Origin: Candidatus Micrarchaeota archaeon
GTDB lineage: Archaea; Micrarchaeota; Micrarchaeia; Anstonellales; Bilamarchaeaceae
Assembly (NCBI GenBank): GCA_040758595.1
Contig: JBFLVJ010000004.1
Location: forward strand, 3,896 to 67,895
Length of the DNA stretch: 64,000 nucleotides
Direction: 5' to 3'
Shown: positions 37,433 to 46,792 of the stretch, in pieces
Layout of the letters: each line of letters opens with the position of its first letter
Numbering within the stretch: the first letter of the stretch is position 1
Made by a program: the position numbers and the translations under genes
Notes under the pieces: model-generated
What the model was told of the DNA's origin: nothing
The model's database searches: none
The model's input: only the letters and a program-made list of their open reading frames with translations

Positions 37433-38107
37433 TTAAGGCGCCCCGTACTTCTTCATGTATTCCAGGTACTTCTGGTATGTATTCTCCTTGACATAGACCT
37501 TGCCGTCATCCAGCTTCCTCTCCTTGAGGTGGTTGAAGGCCATGTTTATGTCGATTATCGAATGCACCGGCACTCCTGTCTCTTCCGTGAATTCCTGGAT
37601 GGCGCTATCCTTCTTGCCCCGCTCTTTCCTGTCCACGGCGATGACGATGCCGACGACCTCTGCCTTCAAGGTCTTCTGGAGCTTCTCTATGGCCTCCACC
37701 TTGGTGCCGCCGGTCGTGAGCACGTCATCGACCAGGACTATCTTCTTGCCGAAGTCCAGCCCCTGGCTGCCCACGAACACGCTGTTGGCGTCCGCCCCGT
37801 GGAGCTTCATCTCCTTGCGGTCGAAGAGCCATCTCTTGTCGATGCCATGGAGGTACTTGAGCTCGATGGCCGCGCTGATGGCGAGCGGGATGCCCTTGTA
37901 GGCCGGGCCGAATATGACGTCGAACTTGTCGCCGAAGCACTCATGTATCCTGGAGGCGTAGAACCTGCCCAGGTCCGCTATCGCCGAGCCGCCGGAGATG
38001 ACACCCAAATCCACGAAATAGGGCGAGATCCTCCCGCTCTTCAAGGTGAACTCCCCGAAACGCATAGCTTCGTTCTTCGCCAGGAATTCGATGAATGAGA
38101 TGTTCAA
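37433..38107 (-). CDS. pyrE: Orotate phosphoribosyltransferase
   Basis: PRPP-binding motif VLVDDVLTTGGT. Confidence 0.9.
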   Translation of the reverse strand: MNISFIEFLAKNEAMRFGEFTLKSGRISPYFVDLGVISGGSAIADLGRFYASRIHECFGDKFDVIFGPAYKGIPLAISAAIELKYLHGIDKRWLFDRKEMKLHGADANSVFVGSQGLDFGKKIVLVDDVLTTGGTKVEAIEKLQKTLKAEVVGIVIAVDRKERGKKDSAIQEFTEETGVPVHSIIDINMAFNHLKERKLDDGKVYVKENTYQKYLEYMKKYGAP

Positions 38108-38231
38108 AAGACCACCGGAGCGATTGCGAGGGCAAGCTATATATGTATTCGTGTCAGTCGTCTAATCTATTGTTTAATCATATACTTTCTATAATTTACA
38201 ATTTAACGATTTTTATCGACGAAGAAATATT

Positions 38232-39599
38232 CTACCAGATGTTCTTTACAGTATATGTACTTTTCCTAGCGAATCCAGTGTGTTCTAATAGGCCAGCGTC
38301 TACCAGGTTATTTAGCATTTTTAATGCTGTCACTCTGGACACATTCAGGAGCGTCATTACCTGCGTGGTCGTTATTGTTTTTCTCTTAGACAGTATGCTC
38401 AGAAGCCTATTATATCGTGCTTCTCTTGCCCGAGCGGCCGAAAGATAGATCCTTGCATAAAAGACTGATGGGGTATCCCCAATCAACTTGAACTCAGGAG
38501 CCGTCTTTCCAAGCAATCGCATCTCCTCCTTTATCTTCCATATCCCCTCCCCTCTGCCTTCATATAGCTGAGCTGGTGCTAGAAAATTGTATAGTCCTTC
38601 ATTGGGATGATAATGCCCATGCATGGATTGTATGTCCGTCCACATCCTCTGCGTAAGCACTGCCGGGTTTGATACGTCGAAACAATCGTCATATATGCGA
38701 ACGCGGATATGCTCGGTGCTCTGGTAGTTGCGATGGGCGACCGCATTCGTTATCGCCTCACGTATTACCTCGATGGGGATGGGGCTCTTTTCAATCATTC
38801 TGGCTCCTTGGTACTGCCTTACGACAGGTAGATTCTGTGAAACAAGATTAACGGCTTCTTCGATTAGCTTATGTGCTGGAAGGGATATGGCAATCGGCTT
38901 ACCCACAGCTAAAGGCGGCGCGCCAATCGGGTTGGCATACTTTTGTATCTCTATAAACGCACCTTCGATAAAGTCATCCGGCTTTTTAGCTAATACAATG
39001 ACCCCCCGGATGTTTATGGAACCATTTGCGTCTTTGATCGAATCTATGATGGTCTGTCTCTGTTTGCCCTTTGCTTTGGTGTAAAATTCTAGTTCATCGG
39101 TATCCAGATCATTGACTGTAGCAGTCGTCGGCGTCCCCTCGGCATTAACGGTTCCATACCGGAGATGGTATGCTCGTACTTCCTCCGGAGACAGCTGCCT
39201 TTTCTGGTCCCCGTCACGGTCGTAATAGATATTCTTATAGGAACAGGGACGGAGCTTATCCAAGTCTCTGACTAAGATGAGTGCAACGTGATTGTTACCC
39301 ATTTCGAAAACCTTGCTTTCAGACCACGGTTGGGGTCGTATGTCTTTTTTAGCATTTGCAAACTCTTTCTGGAATTCTTCCGGATCTATCCCGGTTATCT
39401 CAAAACCATGTCTGGAATCGCTCTGCCCAACGAGTATGATGCCTCCATTCTTCGTCGCTAGGCATGCAATTTTCTCTCCAATGCTATCCTGAGTCCCTCT
39501 GGTGCGATCGAAGTTTTCATCCTCTGCTCTCTTCAGCAACTCCCGTAGATCTTCTTGGGTAATCTCTGAGAGTCTCTTCCAGCGTTGGAGGACGTTCAT
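38232..39599 (-). CDS. AlbA_2 (Schlafen-like divergent AAA) + HATPase_c_4 + C-terminal wHTH protein (putative ATP-binding transcriptional regulator)
   Basis: N-terminal …ESIGEKIACLATKNGGIILVG… AlbA_2-like region and central …IREAITNAVAHRNY… HATPase_c_4-like motif. C-terminal HTH (…TTTQVMTLLNVSRVTALKMLNNLVDAGLL…). The gene and its flanks are markedly AT-rich relative to the window. Start taken at MNVLQRW. The ORF opens at 39674. Confidence 0.6.
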   Translation of the reverse strand: MNVLQRWKRLSEITQEDLRELLKRAEDENFDRTRGTQDSIGEKIACLATKNGGIILVGQSDSRHGFEITGIDPEEFQKEFANAKKDIRPQPWSESKVFEMGNNHVALILVRDLDKLRPCSYKNIYYDRDGDQKRQLSPEEVRAYHLRYGTVNAEGTPTTATVNDLDTDELEFYTKAKGKQRQTIIDSIKDANGSINIRGVIVLAKKPDDFIEGAFIEIQKYANPIGAPPLAVGKPIAISLPAHKLIEEAVNLVSQNLPVVRQYQGARMIEKSPIPIEVIREAITNAVAHRNYQSTEHIRVRIYDDCFDVSNPAVLTQRMWTDIQSMHGHYHPNEGLYNFLAPAQLYEGRGEGIWKIKEEMRLLGKTAPEFKLIGDTPSVFYARIYLSAARAREARYNRLLSILSKRKTITTTQVMTLLNVSRVTALKMLNNLVDAGLLEHTGFARKSTYTVKNIW

Positions 39600-39651
39600 G
39601 CATAATTGTTTAATTGTAAAGTTTATATAGTTTACTATTAAACGATTGTTC

Positions 39652-40416
39652 CTACCTGCCCTTGGCGCCTTCACGGACAGCCTTGACCATGTCCTTTATC
39701 TTGGAGACCGAGCTCTCCTTCTCGAAAGCGGTCCCGACCTGGATTATGTCTGCCCCTGCCTTGATGACGTCCTTAGCCTGCGCCGGGGTCCGTATCCCGC
39801 CAGCCGCGATATAGGGTATCGATATTGACGAGCGCACCGCCTTGACCATGTCGAGCGGGATGTGCCCGCTCTCGGGGTTGCTTCCCGCATCGGTGATGAA
39901 GAACCTGAAGCCCATGCATTCAGCCGCCATGCCGAACGCGGCCGCTATCTTCGGCTTGTTCCTGGGGATCCTCTTGGCATCCCCGACCCAGCCGACGGTC
40001 CCTCCTGGCTCCACCACCACGTATGCCACGGGCAGCGGCTCGATGCCGGAGTATTTGACCACCGGGGCCGCGAGCATCTGCGCCTCGCTTATCCAGTAGG
40101 TATTCCTGGAGTTGAGCATGGACATGAAATAGACCGCATCTGCGTATTTGGTTATGGTCCCGATGTTCCCGGGGAAGAGCACCACGGGCCTGGAGACGTT
40201 CTCCTTTATCTCCTTGGCGACCACGTCCAGGGTCTCTCCCTGCACTCCGGTGCTGCCGCCTATCAATATGATGTCTGCCCCGCCCTCGTCAGCGTTCTTG
40301 GCGGTCTTGACCGCGTCCTTGGGGGACTTGTAATCCATCGGGTCTATAAGCGCGAAGAGGAGACCTTTCTTGGAGGCCAGCTCCTCATGGATGTACCTTT
40401 CTATCTTCCCTTCCAT
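39652..40416 (-). CDS. Geranylgeranylglyceryl phosphate synthase
   Basis: PcrB/GGGPS TIM-barrel motifs (…GGADIILIGGSTG…, …PYIAAGGIRTPAQA…). Confidence 0.85.
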   Translation of the reverse strand: MEGKIERYIHEELASKKGLLFALIDPMDYKSPKDAVKTAKNADEGGADIILIGGSTGVQGETLDVVAKEIKENVSRPVVLFPGNIGTITKYADAVYFMSMLNSRNTYWISEAQMLAAPVVKYSGIEPLPVAYVVVEPGGTVGWVGDAKRIPRNKPKIAAAFGMAAECMGFRFFITDAGSNPESGHIPLDMVKAVRSSISIPYIAAGGIRTPAQAKDVIKAGADIIQVGTAFEKESSVSKIKDMVKAVREGAKGR

Positions 40417-40427
40417 AAATGCACCTC

Positions 40428-41495
40428 CTAACCGATGACGTTCCTGAAAATGTGCGCGAGGAGCTGCGGACGCAGCATCCTGGTCGGCCTGTCCATGTGG
40501 CCATGGCCCGACAGATAAGCATCGATATTCAGCTTCTTAAACGTTCTCCCGAGCGACGAGAGGGACCGGTCTGTGGCGCCGGAGAAGAATCTGCGTATGG
40601 CAGCGTGCATGGCGAGATCCGGGCCGAACCGCGCCTTCCATTCCATCTCATATCTGAGCGGATCCGTGGCGAACCTGCCAGCCAGAGCGGCGCAGTTCCC
40701 CCCGAAGATGACCCCTCCGCCGGTGGTCGCCTTGACCTGCCCTGCGGCATCCCCGGCTAAGAGCACGTTATACCCATCCTTCCTCATGGCGCTGATCCCG
40801 CGCATGCGCAGCGGTATGATCGCTCCCCGCGGCTTCACGTCTGTCGGCATGCCCTTCTGCCGGAGGAGCGCCCTCCACGCCCCACCCACATGCCCGGGCA
40901 TCTCGACCCCCACTCCGAACTCCGCGTTCCTATCATCGTGCGGGATTATCCAGCCGAAGAAGCCTGGGAAGAGGGAATTGGAGAGGAACACCTCCACCAT
41001 GTCGGGCTCTTCGCTCTTGTAGGGGACATTGGCCTGAAGGGTGGACGCGAACCTGCGTATGGCCGGGAACTTGAACCTGAGCGCGACCGAAGAGAGCGGT
41101 CCGTCCGCCCCGATTATGTTTTTCGAGCGGAAATCCCCGTCAACCCGTTCGCCGTACCTGTATTCCGCGCCTTCGTTTTGTGCCCTGGCGGCCAGCTCCT
41201 GATCCATCGCTGCACGGTCGCATAAATATCCGACCGGCTCTTTCCGCCTGACCGTGAAGCTCTGGCCGGGCATATGGATATGCGCTCCCCTGATGGGCGC
41301 TATCGCCAGCTTCTGCCAGCTCATATATGATGACAAGGATTCGAGCCCGTCGACCGAAAAGAGGCCGGAGCAGTTCTCCGGTATGCCTGAGACCGGGTGC
41401 TCCTCGGAGACCACCACATCGTGGCCGCTGCGCAGGGCGCTGATGGCGGCTATCGAGCCTGCCGGCCCGCCTCCTACGACGTGGAGCTTTGCCAT
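40428..41495 (-). CDS. Geranylgeranyl reductase family protein (FAD-dependent, digeranylgeranylglycerophospholipid reductase-like)
   Basis: N-terminal FAD motif VVGGGPAGSIAA and the GGR-family C-terminus (…LLAGDAAGQVKATTGGGV…). Adjacent to GGGPS. Confidence 0.8.
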   Translation of the reverse strand: MAKLHVVGGGPAGSIAAISALRSGHDVVVSEEHPVSGIPENCSGLFSVDGLESLSSYMSWQKLAIAPIRGAHIHMPGQSFTVRRKEPVGYLCDRAAMDQELAARAQNEGAEYRYGERVDGDFRSKNIIGADGPLSSVALRFKFPAIRRFASTLQANVPYKSEEPDMVEVFLSNSLFPGFFGWIIPHDDRNAEFGVGVEMPGHVGGAWRALLRQKGMPTDVKPRGAIIPLRMRGISAMRKDGYNVLLAGDAAGQVKATTGGGVIFGGNCAALAGRFATDPLRYEMEWKARFGPDLAMHAAIRRFFSGATDRSLSSLGRTFKKLNIDAYLSGHGHMDRPTRMLRPQLLAHIFRNVIG

Positions 41496-41546
41496 GGAGA
41501 GCGTTTGCAGGAAAGCTTTTTTAAATGGCGGAAGGGAAGGGAGCCC

Positions 41547-41900
41547 ATGAAGGGAAAGGGGAGGCGCCCTATGGAATATCTGTTCGTGCTCATGCTTGTG
41601 GTAGGTGCATTGGGAGTCCAGCTGGCTAACGGATGGCTATCCAAGAACGAGTTCGATCTCGCGAATTTCGCCATGATGGTGCCCCTGATACTCTTCGCCC
41701 AGTATTTCATAGCCTGGGGCTACCATGACGGCACATCCCAGAGCGGTTTCATCACGACGCATATCATATGGACAGGAGTGCTGATCGCCGCAACCCTGGC
41801 CATCAACTACATCATCTTCCAGTCGATGCCGAACCCGACGAACCTCTTCGCCCTGCTCTTGGCGGGCGCCGCGGCCGTGATAGCGGTCATGGGGAAGTGA
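41547..41900 (+). CDS. Small hypothetical membrane protein
   Basis: Four hydrophobic helices in ~115 aa. Start is ambiguous: ORF opens at 41397 and a plausible ATG lies at 41547. Confidence 0.4.
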   Translation: MKGKGRRPMEYLFVLMLVVGALGVQLANGWLSKNEFDLANFAMMVPLILFAQYFIAWGYHDGTSQSGFITTHIIWTGVLIAATLAINYIIFQSMPNPTNLFALLLAGAAAVIAVMGK

Positions 41901-41904
41901 TGAT

Positions 41905-43200
41905 ATGTACGAGGTCTTCGGAAAGCTGGCGGCACTCCCAGGCGGGGTGAAAAAAGGCGTCTCGCTAGCCGTAGATGGCGACCGGATAGCAGACATCGGC
42001 CCCACCAGGGAGATGCGGAAGAAGCACAAGTTCGACGACAGCCTGGGCTCGGAATCCTCGCTCATCTGCCCTGGGTTCGTCGACACCCACATGCACAGCT
42101 TCCAGATAGCGACCCGCGGCCTCACGTCGGACAAGAGCCTCCTGGATTGGCTGAAGAGATACATCTGGAGATGGGAGGGGATGATGGATCGCGAGCAGGC
42201 CAGAGCATGCGCAGAGCTCGCTTACATGGAGCTGCTCAAATCCGGCGTCACCACATTCGTGGACTACACCTCGGTCCGCCACACCGAAGAAGCGTTCAAG
42301 GCCGCAAAGCGGTTCGGCATGCGCGGCAATATCGGAAAGACGCTAATGGACAGGGCATCCCCAAAAAGCCTCCAGGAGAGCACCGACAAGTCCCTGAAGG
42401 ACACGGAATCACTCATCAGGAAGTGGCATGGCAAAGAGGGCGGCCGCCTCAGGTACAACATCACCCCCAGGTTCGGCATCACATGCACCGACGAGCTGCT
42501 CGAAGGATGCCGGGAGCTGATGGACAGGTACGATGTCCTTTTAACAACCCATGCCAGCGAAAGCAGGTCCGAAGTCCACGCAGACAGGAAGAACTACGGC
42601 ACCTCGTCAATCAGGCATCTCAACAAGCTCGGCCTCCTGGGCAGGCGAACCATCCTGGCCCACTGCGTCTGGCTGAGCGAACCTGAACTGAAGCTCCTCG
42701 CCAGGACCGGCACAAGCGTCTCCCACTGCCCGGGCTCGAACATGATGCTGGCCAGCGGCGCAGCGAGGGTCGGCGACATGCTCAAGGCAGGCATCCCCGT
42801 GGGGCTGGGCAGCGACATGGGTGCCTACTACAACATGAGCATCTTCGACCAGATGCGCCTCTCTGTGATGCTCCAGAAGGTCTCCCGCATGGACCCTGTC
42901 GCGCTGGACCATCGGAGCGCCTTCCATATGGCCACAGCTGGCGGTGCCAAGGCGCTATCGCTCGAATGCGGCTCCTTGAAGAAGGGCATGAAAGCCGATA
43001 TCACATTACTCGATGGCAGAGCAATGGCATTCGTCCCGGACAACGATGCCATCTCCCAGGTGGTCTATTGCGCAGGGCCCTCTTCGGTCGAAAGCGTCAT
43101 CTGTGACGGGCGCCCGTTGATGGAGGGCAGGCGGATGCTTGTCGCGGACGAGGAGAAGATAATCGCCCGGGCGCGAGAGTCGCTCTCTTTCCGCTCCTGA
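41905..43200 (+). CDS. Amidohydrolase-family nucleoside/nucleobase deaminase (MtaD/SAH-deaminase/guanine-deaminase-like)
   Basis: Metal-binding motifs GFVDTHMHSFQ, …HASES…, …HCVWLS…, …GLGSDMGA…. Confidence 0.7.
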   Translation: MYEVFGKLAALPGGVKKGVSLAVDGDRIADIGPTREMRKKHKFDDSLGSESSLICPGFVDTHMHSFQIATRGLTSDKSLLDWLKRYIWRWEGMMDREQARACAELAYMELLKSGVTTFVDYTSVRHTEEAFKAAKRFGMRGNIGKTLMDRASPKSLQESTDKSLKDTESLIRKWHGKEGGRLRYNITPRFGITCTDELLEGCRELMDRYDVLLTTHASESRSEVHADRKNYGTSSIRHLNKLGLLGRRTILAHCVWLSEPELKLLARTGTSVSHCPGSNMMLASGAARVGDMLKAGIPVGLGSDMGAYYNMSIFDQMRLSVMLQKVSRMDPVALDHRSAFHMATAGGAKALSLECGSLKKGMKADITLLDGRAMAFVPDNDAISQVVYCAGPSSVESVICDGRPLMEGRRMLVADEEKIIARARESLSFRS

Positions 43201-43348
43201 TAGATGAGGGCAAAATGAGCGGACATCTGAAAAGCCTAGAGCGCCGGCGGAGCTTTCGACTGGCCGAGGACGACGCCATCCCAGTCGGTATGGGGAAAGG
43301 CAGCTGATGGCTTCAGGAAGTTCGGGGGCGTATGCCCGCCACTATGGG

Positions 43349-44557
43349 TCATCTCCTGCTGGTCAGGACGATTAGCGCGATTATCGCAGCCATCACGATC
43401 GGTATGGAGCAATATCCGTCGGGCAGGGGGTCGGCAGGCGTCTCTGCCCTCCGGTCGATGCTGAACATCCTGCCTTCGTCCACATCGTTGAATGAAGCCG
43501 ACACCTGGATGTCGTAGGTGAAATCCTCGCGGAAAAGCGAGTTGTTTAGCCCGTGGTATCTCCTGAGCCTCTCATAAGGCTTCAAGAGGATAACGCTCGA
43601 GCTCTCTTTTAGGTATCCTCTGGGCGCGCTGAAGGTGTAGACACCGAACTTGTATTCGGGCTCGCTGTTGGCGACCTCCACTTCCAGCGCCAGAGTGTCT
43701 ACGTCCATGTCTATAGTGATGGCGACTCCCCCCGGCTCCTCGGATATCGAGCGCTCCAGCACGGTGTCGGTCACCGAGAGGGCCGCGCCTTTGGACTCCG
43801 AAACAAGGAGGTCATATGCCTGGCTGTGGTCCTTCGCGTTCTGTATGGCCAGGTGTGTGTTGTCCAGCGTGCCTGCCTGGCCTAATGTCGGATCCATAGC
43901 CAGCCATCCATGGCCGGGCAGGTACGCTTCGGCCCATGCGTGGGGCTGCCAGCTATCATCCAGCACATACCCGTTGACATATCTGGTCTCAAGCCCCAAG
44001 GAACGCAGCATGGATATCAGCAGGTGGCTGTACTCCACGCAGACCCCTCTCCTGTCCCTGAAGACTTCCGTGGCCGGGCTCACCCTGCCCGAATAATCAA
44101 GGTCATAGGTGATGTCCTCATGCACCCAGTTAACGATGTGCAGGATGGTATAGAGGGCCGATTCGTCATCTGAAAGAGTTTTCGCTTTGGCCGCGACCCC
44201 CTTATCGGCCGCGATCAATCCTTCTGATGGGAGCGGGCCTCCTGGGAGCGGCAGGTCTTCTGTTATATCCGTATCATAATCCACAATGACGACCGCTTTT
44301 GCCCGGAGCAGTCCGCTACCGCTTCCGCTGCGGGATACATAGATGTTCTCCCCATCAGAGAATATGCGGGTCTCCGGCTCTGTGCTTATCGAGACCACGC
44401 GCTGGTAGCTGTCATTGACCACCAGCGCTCCGGTGAAGTTGTATGGCCCGTCGCTCGTTATCTCCCAGACCCTCTCTATCTCCAGCACAGAGCGGCCGAA
44501 GCTCACCGCCCATGCCGAGGACAATAAAAGGAGGATGATTATGATGCCTCTCATGAT
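43349..44557 (-). CDS. Secreted/membrane-anchored transglutaminase-like cysteine protease domain protein
   Basis: Signal/TM helix MRGIIIILLLLSSAWA. Transglutaminase core (…RRGVCVEYSHLLISMLRSLGL…, …HAWAEAY…). C-terminal TM anchor. Start taken at MRGIII, right after the purD stop. Confidence 0.65.
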   Translation of the reverse strand: MMRGIIIILLLLSSAWAVSFGRSVLEIERVWEITSDGPYNFTGALVVNDSYQRVVSISTEPETRIFSDGENIYVSRSGSGSGLLRAKAVVIVDYDTDITEDLPLPGGPLPSEGLIAADKGVAAKAKTLSDDESALYTILHIVNWVHEDITYDLDYSGRVSPATEVFRDRRGVCVEYSHLLISMLRSLGLETRYVNGYVLDDSWQPHAWAEAYLPGHGWLAMDPTLGQAGTLDNTHLAIQNAKDHSQAYDLLVSESKGAALSVTDTVLERSISEEPGGVAITIDMDVDTLALEVEVANSEPEYKFGVYTFSAPRGYLKESSSVILLKPYERLRRYHGLNNSLFREDFTYDIQVSASFNDVDEGRMFSIDRRAETPADPLPDGYCSIPIVMAAIIALIVLTSRR

Positions 44558-45849
44558 TCCCCGCGCAGAGCCGCCATCCTGGCAGATTTGCTTCCGACAA
44601 GCTTGGAGGTGCCGATGTCGCTCCGGTGCCACACCGGTCCCTTGATGTGCCTGCATCCCTCTTCAGCGGCCTTCTCGGCCTCATCGAGAGTTTCCGCGAT
44701 GCCGAGCAATCCGAAAGCGCGCGAACCTGTGGTGAGTATCTTTCCTTCCTGCTCATAGACCGAGGCGTAATATATCTTCGCCCCGCACCCTTCGAGCCCG
44801 TGAGCGTCTATCTCCACCGGTTTGTCCCTGACCGGCTTCTCCGGATATCCTTCGGGCACCAGGTACTTGACCACGGTGCACTGGTCGGAGAACTTCGGCG
44901 GCCGCAGCTGTCCCTCGGCCATAGACAGGAAGACGTTTGATAGCGGATCTTCGAGCAGTGCCAGCACGTTCATGGCTTCAGGATCGCCGAACCTGGCGTT
45001 GAATTCTATGACCCTGATGCCCTTTGCCGTGAGTATGAACTGGCCGTAGAGGACGCCGCGGAAGGGCACGCCGTCCTTCTTCATGGCATGGACGACCTCC
45101 TGCAGTATCTTCTTCCCCTGCCCGATGTCCTCCTCTTGCATGAAGGGCAGCCTCTTGCCGGTGGAATAGCTTCCCATCCCTCCGGTATTCGGCCCCTTGT
45201 CCCCTTCATACGCCCTCTTGTGGTCCTGCACAGGAGGCATGGCCGCGATCCGCGAGCCGTCCGAGAATCCCTGCAGCGTGAACTCCTCGCCCACAAGCTT
45301 CTCCTCTATGAGGGCCTTGCCGTCTTTTCCTATGAGCGAGCGCGCATATGCCATCATCTCTTCAGTGCCTCCGTGCTCGCCGCTTATCCGCACGCCTTTC
45401 CCGCCGCTGAGCCCGAGAGGCTTGACCGCCACCTCCCCGAGATCCTTTATCACCCGAAGCGCGTCCTCGGTGCTGTCCACCACCTCATGGGCCGGGGAGC
45501 CGTGAATCTTGTGCTTCTCTAGGAGCTCCCTCATGAAGGACTTGTCCCATTCGATGCGGGCAGCGTCCCTGGTAGGGGATGCCACCAGCATCCCTGCCTT
45601 CTCCAGCGCATCGCTCACCCCTGCGGCGAGCGTCGCGTCCGGGCTGGAGAATCCGAGGTCGAACTCCCTGCCTTTGATGGCAGCGCTGACCGCCCTGGTA
45701 TCCTCGATATCACATATCCAGTGCCCCTTGGAGAGCTGGGCTATCGCAGGATTCTTCTTGGACATCACAGCATACAGTTCGCAATCCTGTGCCAGTCTCT
45801 CGGCTATGGCGTGTTCCCTGGCCCCGTTGCCTATCAGAAGAGCTTTCAT
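44551..45849 (-). CDS. purD: Phosphoribosylamine--glycine ligase
   Basis: MKALLIGNGAREHA N-terminus, ATP-grasp core and PurD C-domain. Confidence 0.9.
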   Translation of the reverse strand: MKALLIGNGAREHAIAERLAQDCELYAVMSKKNPAIAQLSKGHWICDIEDTRAVSAAIKGREFDLGFSSPDATLAAGVSDALEKAGMLVASPTRDAARIEWDKSFMRELLEKHKIHGSPAHEVVDSTEDALRVIKDLGEVAVKPLGLSGGKGVRISGEHGGTEEMMAYARSLIGKDGKALIEEKLVGEEFTLQGFSDGSRIAAMPPVQDHKRAYEGDKGPNTGGMGSYSTGKRLPFMQEEDIGQGKKILQEVVHAMKKDGVPFRGVLYGQFILTAKGIRVIEFNARFGDPEAMNVLALLEDPLSNVFLSMAEGQLRPPKFSDQCTVVKYLVPEGYPEKPVRDKPVEIDAHGLEGCGAKIYYASVYEQEGKILTTGSRAFGLLGIAETLDEAEKAAEEGCRHIKGPVWHRSDIGTSKLVGSKSARMAALRGES

Positions 45850-45866
45850 CCGATTCTCACCTGCTG

Positions 45867-46081
45867 CTAGACCCTATATGCTCCTTTCTTGCTGCCGCCT
45901 AACAGCTCGGAGAACGTGTCTCCGATGGAGCGCTTCAAGGGCGCTTTGACTATGAATGAACGCACATGGGGATACTGCTTGATCAGCTCGAAGCTGAAAT
46001 AGTACTCTGTGAGCTCTCCCCTGGCTTCCTTTCGGGGTTCCTCTATCTTTGCGGACGCCTTGGCCTTCCTGCCGGTCATTC
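45867..46081 (-). CDS. Small hypothetical protein (71 aa), translationally coupled to the upstream gene
   Basis: The ATG abuts the upstream stop (TGAATG). Lys/Arg-rich N-terminus. No recognisable family. Confidence 0.3.
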
Positions 46082-46780
46082 GAAGCGCCTCCTTATGTAG
46101 CCCTCGCGTATCAGCATGTTGAGCCCTTCTTCGGCCCTGGTGACCGCTACAGAGTTCGCCTTCGAGAACTCCCTGATGTCTATCGTGCCGTTGTGGAGCT
46201 TTATCCAGTTGTAGAGGCCCTCCTTCAGCAGGTCGTCTCCCATGCCCGATAGCTGGGTGAGCTTCTTCTGCAGCTCGTCCCTCTTCCTCTCGCACTCCAG
46301 AAGGAGCCGGGTATTGGCCTCCCCCGAGCGCACCAGGTCATCGTATTTTGCGCTCATATCGGTGTACTTGGACTGGAGCTCGCTCAACTGGGTTGAGAAC
46401 TCCAGCGCATCCCTTCCGACTATCTTGGACGTCTCGGAAAGCAGGGTGTTGATGTGGGTGAAGATGCCCGTCGGCTTCACATCATAGTACTCCTCGGCGA
46501 CCTGCAAAATGTTCAGGAACGTGGGCATCAGATCCAGAAGCCTCGCCACCTTGCTCCTCTTGGCCGAGAAGCTGTAGAGGAAGTCGATGGCCTCCGGGCC
46601 GAACTCCACCCTGTACTCCAGGTATGGTTGGCCCCTCAGATCCGCGCCCTTTATCTTCTCCACGGTGAGCACATTCTTCGCATATGTTATCCTTGTGAAT
46701 CCCAGCCCTGACAGAAGCGAGGCGAGGCTCTTGAGCGGCTTCTTCTGCTGCGCCGCGATGGTTATCTTCTCTTCGCTCAT
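46076..46780 (-). CDS. Hypothetical protein with C-terminal winged-HTH-like segment
   Basis: …IDIREFSKANSVAVTRAEEGLNMLIREGYIRR… looks like a wHTH. Lies 12 nt downstream of the ATPase gene on the same strand. Confidence 0.5.
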   Translation of the reverse strand: MSEEKITIAAQQKKPLKSLASLLSGLGFTRITYAKNVLTVEKIKGADLRGQPYLEYRVEFGPEAIDFLYSFSAKRSKVARLLDLMPTFLNILQVAEEYYDVKPTGIFTHINTLLSETSKIVGRDALEFSTQLSELQSKYTDMSAKYDDLVRSGEANTRLLLECERKRDELQKKLTQLSGMGDDLLKEGLYNWIKLHNGTIDIREFSKANSVAVTRAEEGLNMLIREGYIRRRFE

Positions 46781-46792
46781 ATCTCATGCCTC

